From assembly GCA_020052735.1 (NCBI GenBank), contig JAGVON010000076.1, positions 1 through 35,357 of the forward strand: DNA of 35,357 bases. The letters run 5' to 3'. The position numbers and the translations under genes were made by a program. The DNA is from an archaeon (GTDB taxonomy: Archaea > Micrarchaeota > Micrarchaeia > Anstonellales > Bilamarchaeaceae). This document shows positions 16,303-25,348 of the stretch, in pieces; position 1 is the first letter of the stretch; each line of letters opens with the position of its first letter. The notes under the pieces are model-generated. The model was not told where the DNA came from, did no database searches, and saw only the letters and a list, made by a program, of their open reading frames with translations.

Positions 16303-16767
16303 TCAGCTGCATTCCACAGAATCAATAATCCTGTCCACCATCTCTTTTTTGCCGGTGTAGGCGTCCCTGCCGCACCCTATCATGGTTATGTAGACATTAT
16401 TGCCCTCGCAGGAGAGCAGCCTTATGGAGCCCCTGTACTGGTTGCTCTCGTCGCTTGCCCTAACCTGGAAATCGGCAACGGATGCGCCCACATACTCGTT
16501 TTCTATTGTCAGGCCGTCCACGCCCTCCCATAGCCCCTTGAGATAGGTGACAAATCCGCTGAAGGAGGGCTGGTCCCCTATCTTCATCACGCTAATTTGG
16601 CAGCCCTCGGAGGCGACCTTGAATATTTCGTCCCCTTCGGTCTGCTGCATGGTGCCCGCGGGATATTCCATGCTGAACTGGTCATCCGTGAAGGTTTCCC
16701 ATTTCTGGCCTGCGCATCCGAAAAGCAGCAGCAATGCTACGAACAAGGAGATGTGTGTGGCTTTCAT
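16303..16767 (-). CDS. Lipoprotein, possibly PsbP/Mog1p-like fold
   Basis: Lipobox LLFGC, W..F....FSMEYP near the start and IIDSV at the end, reminiscent of PsbP-like domains. Confidence 0.65.
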   Translation of the reverse strand: MKATHISLFVALLLLFGCAGQKWETFTDDQFSMEYPAGTMQQTEGDEIFKVASEGCQISVMKIGDQPSFSGFVTYLKGLWEGVDGLTIENEYVGASVADFQVRASDESNQYRGSIRLLSCEGNNVYITMIGCGRDAYTGKKEMVDRIIDSVECS

Positions 16768-16820
16768 GGAACCGGTTAGGAGAATGCAGATATAAAAAGA
16801 TTGCGGGTTTCGTCGGCTGG

Positions 16821-18332
16821 CTAGAGGTGCTTCGCATACTCTTCCGCGAGAAGGAGATATCTCCCTATTTTGCCCTTTTCCTCATCAGAAGGGTGCTGGG
16901 AGTATGTGAGGCAGGCTATTTTCGCGCGTACGTTGGCGCGGTAGCATTTGTAGTAGTTGAGGAGGGCGGGCATGCCCTCATCTTTGGAGAGCCGGAGGTA
17001 CTCGGAAACGAATAGATTGGATAAGTCCTTCCTCCCGTACGCATCCAAATCCATGGCCATGAAGCCGATGTCCGCAGAGGTGTCGGTATAGCGGAAGCCC
17101 TTGTTGAACTCTATGCAGTCAAAGATTGCGATGGGCTCCGTGAGGAAGATATTCCCGGAGTGCAAATCCCCGTGGCAGTCGCGGATGAAGCCCTTCTCCT
17201 GCCTCCGGAGAAACAGAAAATGATTTTTGCGGACGAATTCCGCGGCTTTATCCAAAATAAAATCCACTTTGTTTCCCATTCCGCTGGCCTTTTCCGCGGT
17301 TTCGCGCACTCCTTTTAGGTCCGCGAACTGTTCGGCAACCATTTCCGGGGAATTGTATCTGCAGTCTTCTATCACTTCTATTTTGGAATGGAACTCCGAG
17401 ATGATTTTGGCTATTGAGCGGATGTGCGCCTCAGCGACTTCCCCTTTTGCGAGCATGAGGGACATCATTTTCCCATAAGGGAGCTGCCTCATCTTCACCG
17501 CATAATCAATTGGAAATCCTGAGCCGCCGAAAGATGGGTGCGAATTCATGGATACAGGGACTACGCCCAGATAAACGTCGGGGCAGAGGCGCCTGTTCAG
17601 GCGCACCTCCTCTTCGCAGAGGGCTTTCCTCCTCCCGCGGGTGGAGAAGTCCAGGAACGAAAACTTCACGGGCTTCTTTATCTTGTATGCGTATTCTCCT
17701 GTTAGAAAAACCCAGGAGATGTGCGTCTGGAGGAGTTTGATGCTGGAAGCGTGGGGCGGGGTGCTGGGTGCTGTGTGCTGGGTGCCGGGAAAGGGGTGCG
17801 GGAAAGCGGAGGGGGATTGGAGCTGCGGAAGGAGAGGGGATATTCCGGAAACGGAACTGAGGATTGTGCGCAGGGATTCCTCCACCGGAAGGGAGGTGTC
17901 TATCGTGATGCGTTCTTCGGTAAAGGGCTCAAATGCCTTCGTCACTATGAGGTATTCCTCATACTTCGCCTCGCTGCCCCCTCCCCTGCGGCCCGAAAGC
18001 CGTTCCTTCACCTTTTCTTCGGGAAGGGTGCACTCTACGATGAAGAAATCCGTCCCTGCCTTTTCCGCGGCTTCCTTCATGCTTTTCCTCAAGCTTTCCT
18101 TGTAGAAGGTCGCATCAGCAATCACATTTTTGCCTTCGGAAAGGGAGAAGGAAACCTGCGCGGCCATTTCCGAATAGACGCGGGCCTTTTCCTCTTCCGA
18201 GTATGTGCGCTCCTTCAGCAGTTTTTGGCGGATCAAATCGGAGCTTACGTGCGCGGCGCCCAGCCTGGAGGAGAGCTCGCGGGAAATCCTGCTCTTCCCG
18301 GTCCCCGGAAGGCCTGCGACGAGTATGAGCAT
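16821..18332 (-). CDS. P-loop (AAA_33-like) kinase fused to an aminoglycoside-phosphotransferase-like domain
   Basis: N-terminal GLPGTGKS, SSDLIR and DATF. C-terminal QTHISWVFL, AYKIKKPV, EEVRLNRRL, RDCHGDLH, FDCIEFN and YRANVRAK. Confidence 0.88.
   Translation of the reverse strand: MLILVAGLPGTGKSRISRELSSRLGAAHVSSDLIRQKLLKERTYSEEEKARVYSEMAAQVSFSLSEGKNVIADATFYKESLRKSMKEAAEKAGTDFFIVECTLPEEKVKERLSGRRGGGSEAKYEEYLIVTKAFEPFTEERITIDTSLPVEESLRTILSSVSGISPLLPQLQSPSAFPHPFPGTQHTAPSTPPHASSIKLLQTHISWVFLTGEYAYKIKKPVKFSFLDFSTRGRRKALCEEEVRLNRRLCPDVYLGVVPVSMNSHPSFGGSGFPIDYAVKMRQLPYGKMMSLMLAKGEVAEAHIRSIAKIISEFHSKIEVIEDCRYNSPEMVAEQFADLKGVRETAEKASGMGNKVDFILDKAAEFVRKNHFLFLRRQEKGFIRDCHGDLHSGNIFLTEPIAIFDCIEFNKGFRYTDTSADIGFMAMDLDAYGRKDLSNLFVSEYLRLSKDEGMPALLNYYKCYRANVRAKIACLTYSQHPSDEEKGKIGRYLLLAEEYAKHL
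17760..17805. repeat. Heptamer tandem repeat (GGTGCTG x4) inside the kinase gene
   Basis: GGTGCTG GGTGCTG TGTGCTG GGTGCCG, plus a near-duplicated 13-mer GGGTGCCGGGAAA / GGGGTGCGGGAAA. Confidence 0.7.
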
Positions 18333-18356
18333 GCAGGGATTTGGGGCGCGTTATTT

Positions 18357-20897
18357 TTAATCGTGATTATATCTCGCATAATAGACCTTCTTTGAGATTT
18401 CCACTACCAGGACGTATGCGAGGACTATTCCGAACACAACCCCCAGCTCAAACAGGGTGAGGGGCTGGAACTGGAATATTATCCCTATGGGCAGGGTGAC
18501 CAGCAACACCGAAACGGCCACGATTATGAGCGTGAGCAGAATGAGGAGCGGGCTGGGCATGGACTTGTAGAAGGGCTTCATCGTGCGTATAGCAAATACA
18601 ACGAGGATTTCGGAGAGGAGGGATTCCAGGAACCATATGGTGTGGAACACGGTTTCGCCTGCGCCGAGCACAAGGATGATGAATGCAATGGTGAGGACGT
18701 CAAATACCGAGCTTATCAGCCCAAAGAATATCATGAAACGGACTATCCCCTTTATGTCCCACCTGCGTGGCTTCTTCAGCTCGTCCTTGTCCACGTTGTC
18801 CGTGGATACGGAGACCATAGGGATGTCTGAAAGGAAATTGTTGAGGAGTATCTGGGAGGGCAGGAGGGGGATGAAGGGAAGGAAGAGCGAAGCGGCGGAG
18901 AGGGTGAACATGTTCCCGAAATTGGCGCTTATGGTGTTCCTTATGTATTTCATTATGTTGCTGAAGGTCATCCTGCCCTCGGAGATGCCGTTCGCGACCA
19001 CGTTCAGGGATTTGCGGAGGAGCACTACGTCCGAGGCCTCCTTCGCGATGTCCGCCCCGTTCTTCACCGATATGCCCACGTCCGCCGCCTTGAGCGAGGG
19101 GGCGTCATTCACGCCGTCGCCCATGAAGCCCACAATGCGGCCGTTTGCGCGGAGCGCATTGACAACGCGGAGCTTGTCCGAGGGGCTCATGCGCGCATAT
19201 ATATTGTAATTCTTCACGGTCTCCTGCAATTCTTCGTCATCCTGGGATTCCACCTCCGCGCCGGTGAATATCCTTTCCGCGGCGTTCTGCACGCCCACCT
19301 GGGCGCATATGCCTGCGGTGACCTCCGGCCCGTCCCCTGTGAGCACATACACCTCAACGCCCAGCCGCCTGAGGTGGTCAAGGGCGGGAAGAGTGTCCTT
19401 CTTCGGCGGGTCCAGGAGTATGAGGAAGCCCATGAACACCATCCCCTCCTCGTCTTCCTTTGAGTATTCCTCCTTCTTCCCGGGCTTTTTGTATGCGACG
19501 GCGATTACGCGGTAGCCGTCCTCCCCGAACTTGTTATACATCCCTTCTAGCTTTTTGGAGTATGGGCGGATTGGGATTTCCTTCCCGGAGATAAGAAGCT
19601 TGGAGCATATGGGAAGCACGGTCTCCGGGGCGCCCTTCGTGATGAGCAGCCTGCCCTTTGAATTGTCAACTACTACGCCCATGCGCTTGCGCTCATAATC
19701 AAATGCGATTGTTTCAACCGGCGCGTATCCTTTAAGCCGCTCAATCTGGAATCTTTCCAATGCATATTTCCAGACGGCGGAGTCTATCGTGCCGCCCTTC
19801 ACGTGGCCGTGCTGGATGACTGCGGAGTTGCATAAGAGGGAATACAGGAGTATCTCATCGTTTTCATTCCCCATCGCGTCCAGGTAGCGGATCAGCGAGA
19901 CCTCGTTCTCGGTGAGGGTGCCGGTCTTGTCCGCGCACAATATGTCTATGTTGCCAAGGTCCTCTATTGAGTCAAGGCGCTTTACGATTACATGCTTCTC
20001 CATGAGGCGCATCGCGCCGTGGGAGAGCCCTATGGTTATTATTATGGGAAGGAGCTCCGGGGTGATGCCCACCGCGATTGCGAGGGCGAAGAGGAATGAG
20101 ACGAGCAGCCCGTGGCCCAGAAGTGAATTGATTATGAAGACAAACAGCGTCATTACGAGGATTACCTTCAGGAGCGTGTTGCCGAAGGAGCGGATGCTCT
20201 TCTCAAAATCCGTCTGCGGGGCGGGCGCCTTGAGCGCGGCGGATTCCTTCCCCATGTATGTGGCCCTGCCCGTGGAAACCACGATTGCCTTCCCTGAGCC
20301 ATATGTGATGCTGGAGCCCATCAGGAGCATGTTTTGGCCGGAGGCCTGGGGGCCGCCCTGGGCAGGGAGCGCATCCTTCGCCACGGGATTGGATTCCCCG
20401 GTGAGCGCCGCTTCGTTTGTTTCCAGCTGGTGCGCCTCAATGATGCGCGCGTCCGCGGGCACTATGTCCCCTATGGAGATGAGGACTATGTCTCCGGGAA
20501 CGAGGAACTTCGTGTTCATCTCCACAATCTGGCCGTCGCGCACCACGTGCGCGGACATTGAAACGTATTTTCTCAGCTCTTCCAGCGCCTTCTCCGAGCG
20601 GTATTCCTGCACGAAACCTAGGACGGCATTTACGAACACTATTATGAAAATGATGATTGCCTCGGTCGTGTCGCCGAGGAGGAACGCGATTATTGTCGCA
20701 ACGATTAGGATGTAGATGAGGGGGTTCTGGAACTGGGATACGAGGATGCGGGGAATTGTTTTCCGGTCCGGCGGCTCCAGCTCGTTCGTCCCGTACTTTT
20801 GGAGGCGGAGCTTGGCTTCCTTGGAGGATAAGCCGTCGCTGGATGTGGCCAGTGAAGAGAACAGCTCCGCGGGCTGCATCTTCCGGTATTCCTCCAT
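18357..20897 (-). CDS. mgtA: Mg2+-importing P-type ATPase
   Basis: LTGES, ITPELLP, DKTGTLT, TGD and GDGVNDAP. SANFGNMF and QILLNNFLSD are typical of P3B ATPases. Confidence 0.9.
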   Translation of the reverse strand: MEEYRKMQPAELFSSLATSSDGLSSKEAKLRLQKYGTNELEPPDRKTIPRILVSQFQNPLIYILIVATIIAFLLGDTTEAIIIFIIVFVNAVLGFVQEYRSEKALEELRKYVSMSAHVVRDGQIVEMNTKFLVPGDIVLISIGDIVPADARIIEAHQLETNEAALTGESNPVAKDALPAQGGPQASGQNMLLMGSSITYGSGKAIVVSTGRATYMGKESAALKAPAPQTDFEKSIRSFGNTLLKVILVMTLFVFIINSLLGHGLLVSFLFALAIAVGITPELLPIIITIGLSHGAMRLMEKHVIVKRLDSIEDLGNIDILCADKTGTLTENEVSLIRYLDAMGNENDEILLYSLLCNSAVIQHGHVKGGTIDSAVWKYALERFQIERLKGYAPVETIAFDYERKRMGVVVDNSKGRLLITKGAPETVLPICSKLLISGKEIPIRPYSKKLEGMYNKFGEDGYRVIAVAYKKPGKKEEYSKEDEEGMVFMGFLILLDPPKKDTLPALDHLRRLGVEVYVLTGDGPEVTAGICAQVGVQNAAERIFTGAEVESQDDEELQETVKNYNIYARMSPSDKLRVVNALRANGRIVGFMGDGVNDAPSLKAADVGISVKNGADIAKEASDVVLLRKSLNVVANGISEGRMTFSNIMKYIRNTISANFGNMFTLSAASLFLPFIPLLPSQILLNNFLSDIPMVSVSTDNVDKDELKKPRRWDIKGIVRFMIFFGLISSVFDVLTIAFIILVLGAGETVFHTIWFLESLLSEILVVFAIRTMKPFYKSMPSPLLILLTLIIVAVSVLLVTLPIGIIFQFQPLTLFELGVVFGIVLAYVLVVEISKKVYYARYNHD

Positions 20898-21020
20898 GCA
20901 CGGTAATCGGGGAATAAGGTAAAAAAGGATGCGGAAGGGCCGGCGCGGGGGCTGGCTGGAACGGTGCTGCCTGCCTGGGGCATGGGAACGCTTTTAATGC
21001 TCGCGCCCGATTCCTGCCAC

Positions 21021-21773
21021 ATGGCATCCGTCCATGGAAGGATTCTGTTTTCGGCGCTGGCCGCATTGTTTCTTGTTTCGGTTGCATACGCGCAGGCGGC
21101 GGGAGGCGACGCGCCAACGCACGGCACGTTCACCGGCACCGTGAACGGACCGAGGATAGACATAAACTACGTGCCTTGCCCGGACACGAATTGCGGCAAG
21201 ATAGTGCTTGTGCAGGTGGTCTGCAGGAAGGTCATCCTGAAGGATGACGGATGGTTCCCATTCATGCCGAGCGACGCGACGGCCGCATGGACCGAGAAGG
21301 ACGCCTCTACCGTGGACGGCGGGAAATTATGCACGGTGGATTACATCAACAATCCGGTTGAGCCGGAAAAGGGCGAGAAGGATCCATATTACAACGGGGA
21401 CGACCCGCAGGACGGCGGGGACAGGGGGGCTTCCACCGGCTCGGGCAACGCCGCGGACACGAAGAACGCCACCATCAATGACAAGCCGCGCTACGCGGAC
21501 AGGAACTTTGACTGGCTGCGGAGGAAATACGGGGACCCGGTGGGAAAAACCATAGAGAAGGTAACGCTTGAGTTTGAGGTCTGCGCCTTCTGCGCGGAGG
21601 GGAGGGACAGGGGCGCGAATTACGGCTGCTACCGATGGGATTACAACCAGAACCCCGGCCAGGAGGGGGCGGCATCGGATGCGGGCGGGAGCGGCGGGGC
21701 CTCGGGGAAATTCAACGAGGCGCTTGATGCGTGGTCAGCGGCACATGGGTTCAACCTGCCGAGGCCCGGGTGA
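21021..21773 (+). CDS. Secreted Cys-containing hypothetical protein
   Basis: Signal peptide ending VAYA, motifs CGKIVLVQ, NDKP, FEVCAFC, YGCYRW and FNEALDAW. No anchor. Start moved to ATG 21021. Confidence 0.75.
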   Translation: MASVHGRILFSALAALFLVSVAYAQAAGGDAPTHGTFTGTVNGPRIDINYVPCPDTNCGKIVLVQVVCRKVILKDDGWFPFMPSDATAAWTEKDASTVDGGKLCTVDYINNPVEPEKGEKDPYYNGDDPQDGGDRGASTGSGNAADTKNATINDKPRYADRNFDWLRRKYGDPVGKTIEKVTLEFEVCAFCAEGRDRGANYGCYRWDYNQNPGQEGAASDAGGSGGASGKFNEALDAWSAAHGFNLPRPG

Positions 21774-22639
21774 TGGCTATGAAGAAGGAGATTATACTTT
21801 TGGCGGCGTTCGGGGCATTGCTGATTGGCTGCACATTGAGGCTGCCGGATGGGACGGTTGTGGAGTTCCCGCCGGACCTAGGCGGGGGCGCGGCGCAGGA
21901 ATGCTTCTCCAGCGACGATTGCGCGTATAACGAGAGGTGCGCAGACGGCGATTGTGCGCTTGTGCCCGCGGGGGAATGCGGAACCTATTCCAACCACGCA
22001 TGGCAGGATTACGAGTGCTGCGCAAGCCCGGATTGCGGAGCCGGGTTCCAATGCACGGAGAATGAATGTGTGCCGGGCGGGGCACAGCCGGAGTGCGCTT
22101 CGGACTCCGAATGCCCGCAGGGATATGGGTGCGAATCCGGGGGCTGTGTAGAGTTACAGCCCACTCCGGGATGCACGCTGGACAGCGACTGCGCGGAGGG
22201 CTTCACCTGTAGCGGGAATGTGTGCGTGCAGATACCTCTGGAACAGTGGGGCGGCGTGGAGATGAAATTTACATACATAGGGCCGCAGGAGAAAATAGTC
22301 CCCAGTGTGGGGATTTCGGTCGGGGAGTTTGATTTGGCTGGGTTCGGGGGCGGTACCGAAGGGTTTGATTACAGCAACGACTTATATGAGATGGAAACCT
22401 TCAGGGTAACCGAGGAAGAGATGCGGGATTCCGTGCTTTCGGTGTTCTCCCTGGAATTCATGGACTCGGAGAATGCGCCCGAAGACCCCGCGGTATCCTT
22501 CATGGTTTACGACGCGGGGAGCGGAAACGTGGAGGAAATAATCCTGGACAGCGGGCAGGCGGGCATTGTGGCGGAGGCGATAAGGGATTCGCTCACCACT
22601 TCAATAGGGGATGCAGGTCCCCTGGACATATACGGATGA
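21773..22639 (+). CDS. Lipoprotein with tandem Cys-rich (C-x5-C-x5-C-x4-C) repeats and an acidic C-terminal domain
   Basis: Lipobox LLIGC, four Cys-rich units, TGATG overlap with the upstream gene. Confidence 0.8.
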   Translation: MAMKKEIILLAAFGALLIGCTLRLPDGTVVEFPPDLGGGAAQECFSSDDCAYNERCADGDCALVPAGECGTYSNHAWQDYECCASPDCGAGFQCTENECVPGGAQPECASDSECPQGYGCESGGCVELQPTPGCTLDSDCAEGFTCSGNVCVQIPLEQWGGVEMKFTYIGPQEKIVPSVGISVGEFDLAGFGGGTEGFDYSNDLYEMETFRVTEEEMRDSVLSVFSLEFMDSENAPEDPAVSFMVYDAGSGNVEEIILDSGQAGIVAEAIRDSLTTSIGDAGPLDIYG

Positions 22640-22651
22640 CCTTCGTAATGC

Positions 22652-23563
22652 CTAGAGCTGCGCAAACGCCTGCGTGAGTTCGCCCTGGAGGAAAACCGTT
22701 CCATTCAGGAAATAGAAGAAGATGAAGAAATACCCCCAGATGGCGCAATACGCTATGAGGAGCTTGAACGCCAGCTTTGCGTTTCCAGGCTTGGGGAAGA
22801 TGGCGAGCCAGAGTGAAAGCAAGGTGAAAAGGGCCATGCTGCCCCCGGCTACGAGGGAGATGGACGGGGCGGTTTGGGAGAAGGAAGCGAACATCGCCGC
22901 GTTGGTTGCGAATATGGCGGCTGCGAAAAGGGCTGGCGCCCTCCCCCCGTATCTTGTGGCGAATGTGTCCTGCCCGGATTTCCTGTCGCCTTCCATGTCC
23001 ATTATGGTGGAGATGGCGTGCACTGCGGGCAGGTTGAGCGTGAGCACCAGCATCTTCCAGTCAAACAGGCCGGGGGAGCCGCTTAAGGAATAGGCCAGCC
23101 CGAAGGGGAAGAAACCGTACCCCATCGCGGACAACGAATCTATTATGGGGCGCTCCTTGAAGCGGAGCGGGGGGGCGGAATAGGAATAGGCGAACACCAC
23201 TCCGAGGGCTGCGAAGAGGATGTGGAGCGGGTTCAGGGTTGTTGCGGAAACCAGCACCATGGCGATTGCGGAGAAAAGGCACCAATTTTTTATCCACGGG
23301 ATATCCTCTTCCTGGATTTGCGCGCCCCAGATGATGGATTTCTTGCGCGGGTTCTTCCTGTCCGCTTCCCTGTCATATATGTCGTTCATGCCGTAGATTA
23401 TGAGGGATACGGGGAATGCGAGGATTGCCAATTCTATCCACTCAAGGGCTCCCGTGGGTATGCCTGCGGCCCAGAGCCCCGCCTTGTATGCTGCCACGGG
23501 CCCTATCCAGAAGAGGGGGCGGCTTATCCAGAACGCCTTCTTGAGCTTTTGGAAGAAATCCAT
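22652..23563 (-). CDS. UbiA-superfamily prenyltransferase, lycopene elongase (LyeJ/CrtEb)-like
   Basis: ISRPLFW, NDIYDREAD, YSAPPLRFKERP and HAISTIMDMEGD...TFAT, multi-TM. Confidence 0.85.
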   Translation of the reverse strand: MDFFQKLKKAFWISRPLFWIGPVAAYKAGLWAAGIPTGALEWIELAILAFPVSLIIYGMNDIYDREADRKNPRKKSIIWGAQIQEEDIPWIKNWCLFSAIAMVLVSATTLNPLHILFAALGVVFAYSYSAPPLRFKERPIIDSLSAMGYGFFPFGLAYSLSGSPGLFDWKMLVLTLNLPAVHAISTIMDMEGDRKSGQDTFATRYGGRAPALFAAAIFATNAAMFASFSQTAPSISLVAGGSMALFTLLSLWLAIFPKPGNAKLAFKLLIAYCAIWGYFFIFFYFLNGTVFLQGELTQAFAQL

Positions 23564-23690
23564 CGCATCTGTAATGGAAAAAAACTGTTAAAAGGGGCGC
23601 GGGAAGGGGCATTCCAGGCACGGTTGATGGTTGCGGGCCATGGGCGCGCCATACAATAAATTTATATTGTTTATTGCACAGGACAATCAT

Positions 23691-23780
23691 ATGGAATCAT
23701 CGGACGCGTTCCTCATAGCCACCTTCTTCTCCGTGCTGCTGATTGTATTCTTCTATGCAAGGATAAGCCTGAGGAAATGA
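23691..23780 (+). CDS. Putative 29-aa single-TM miniprotein
   Basis: MESSDAFLIATFFSVLLIVFFYARISLRK, with TTTATA about 25 nt upstream (leaderless geometry). Below the ORF-track cutoff. Confidence 0.55.
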   Translation: MESSDAFLIATFFSVLLIVFFYARISLRK

Positions 23781-23840
23781 ATGGCTGGCCCAACCCGGAA
23801 GACGGTTCATATAATCCGGCTTCAAGGTGTAAAAAGAGAG

Positions 23841-23913
23841 CGCCTTGGCCGGGATTCGAACCCGGGTCACCGGCTCGACAGGCCGGAATGCTGGACCACT
23901 ACACTACCAAGGC
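23841..23913 (-). tRNA. tRNA-Asp (anticodon GTC), no intron, CCA not encoded
   Basis: 73-nt cloverleaf: acceptor GCCTTGG/CCAAGGC, anticodon arm CCGGC-CTGTCGA-GCCGG, T-loop TTCGAAT, discriminator G. Confidence 0.96.
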
Positions 23914-23984
23914 ATTTTTGTTTCTCTGGGTTGAGAGATAAGATTAATGTAAGAAAGGAATAAAAAGGGGAGCCAGCGGGAGGC

Positions 23985-25301
23985 TCAATACCTCCTTACA
24001 TACCTGGGCGGCCTTGGCGGGGGCGCCTCGTGTTGCGGGCGCACAAGCCCGCTGCGCAGTACCCAACGGACATCAAACTCCTGGCGGTCATGCCCGGGGC
24101 CGAAGGGGCCGCAACTGAGGATTCTGCCGGTTCCGATCCGGTTGCATGTTACCGCCCTCCACCTTCCGTCCCGCAGGTGCGCGTCGCACCTCAGCCGGCT
24201 GTTGTTCACTTTGGAGCATTCAAAACCCACGACATCATAATCTTCGGGGTGCCGCTGGCGGCCTGAGGATTCCGCCCCGGGGGCGGTTCTTGAATGCGTT
24301 GGCTGGGCAGGGGGGCGTTCCCCCATGTCCGGGACTATCCTTGGGCCGCGGTGCCCGTCTTGGACCATTGGCAGGGGAGGGGTTGGCGGGGCGGTTTGGC
24401 GTGGTGCCTCATTTGCCGCATCCATTGCCGGTTCCCGGAGGCGCTCCGTAAGGGCAACAGTTTCATCTTCGGGCTGTTCCTGCTCCGGTTCGGAGGGCTG
24501 CACGACGCCCACGGCTGCATCCTCATGGTGGCCCCTGGACAGGAACTTGCGTATGTCCTGCCAGTACGCAAGTGTGAATATTGTCCCGATTATCAGCACG
24601 GCGGAGGCGGCCAATGAGATGAACAGTACCTTGTCGTCCGAAAACCCGGGAGAAAGCGATATCCTGGGGAGGAATGAATCCGATTCCTTCCATTCGAAAT
24701 ACTTGGGCTGGGAAGGGCGTGATGGGCATGGTATGTGGCGCTCTGCCGGTGGGGGGGAATCGTAATAATAGTTGACTAATTCCAGGATACGTAACCCCCT
24801 TCTGTCTATTATTTCATCGTCCGTCATGCTTTTGTAATCATCCAGGTCTTGGTGATGAATCGAATCCTCATTCCTGGCCTCCGCGTAGTGAATCCTGCGA
24901 TGAACCGAGCTTCCGCTTTCAGAATCCCCACATGAACGCCCATGGAATTCGTGGAACCCCGCGCTCCCTCCCGGGCTGGAGAATCCATCAACGGAGATTC
25001 CGTCCAGGTCGGTGTGGACATCCCTGTCATCGTAATGCTCGGTGCGGCTCCTCACATCCAAGGGGCTCACGCCAGTATGTATGTCGGCATCCCCATGCCG
25101 CTCGGTATGGCCGCGGAAGTCCAACGGGCTTAATCCATGGTGGTCAAGTCCGCCGTAGGCATTGGGTTCGCTCCTGCCACGGAAGTCGAACGGGCTTACT
25201 CCATAATGTTCCTGTTTGCCCGTTTCTTCGTCTATTTCAGTATGGCCGATAAATCCAAATAGACTACTCCCCTTATAGTGGTCTACCCGCTTAGTCCCCA
25301 T
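23985..25301 (-). CDS. Single-TM hypothetical protein with N-terminal His-containing 21-22-aa repeats and a C-terminal 4-Cys domain
   Basis: Start moved to ATG 25301 to remove overlap. Repeats HxGxSPxDxRxxxE, TM VLFISLAASAVLIIGTIFTLAYW, Pro-rich linker. Confidence 0.7.
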   Translation of the reverse strand: MGTKRVDHYKGSSLFGFIGHTEIDEETGKQEHYGVSPFDFRGRSEPNAYGGLDHHGLSPLDFRGHTERHGDADIHTGVSPLDVRSRTEHYDDRDVHTDLDGISVDGFSSPGGSAGFHEFHGRSCGDSESGSSVHRRIHYAEARNEDSIHHQDLDDYKSMTDDEIIDRRGLRILELVNYYYDSPPPAERHIPCPSRPSQPKYFEWKESDSFLPRISLSPGFSDDKVLFISLAASAVLIIGTIFTLAYWQDIRKFLSRGHHEDAAVGVVQPSEPEQEQPEDETVALTERLREPAMDAANEAPRQTAPPTPPLPMVQDGHRGPRIVPDMGERPPAQPTHSRTAPGAESSGRQRHPEDYDVVGFECSKVNNSRLRCDAHLRDGRWRAVTCNRIGTGRILSCGPFGPGHDRQEFDVRWVLRSGLVRPQHEAPPPRPPRYVRRY

Positions 25302-25348
25302 AATAGTATTACTGCGCAAAAAGTTAAAAATAGGAAATAAGCAGGGGG

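Noticed and set aside
1158-23913. Integrated element bounded by the two tRNAs
   Set aside because: The shared TTC(A/G)AATCCCGGC is just the T-arm. There is no att duplication or integrase, and the interval contains housekeeping genes.
23781-23963. 60-aa ORF
   Set aside because: Antisense to tRNA-Asp.
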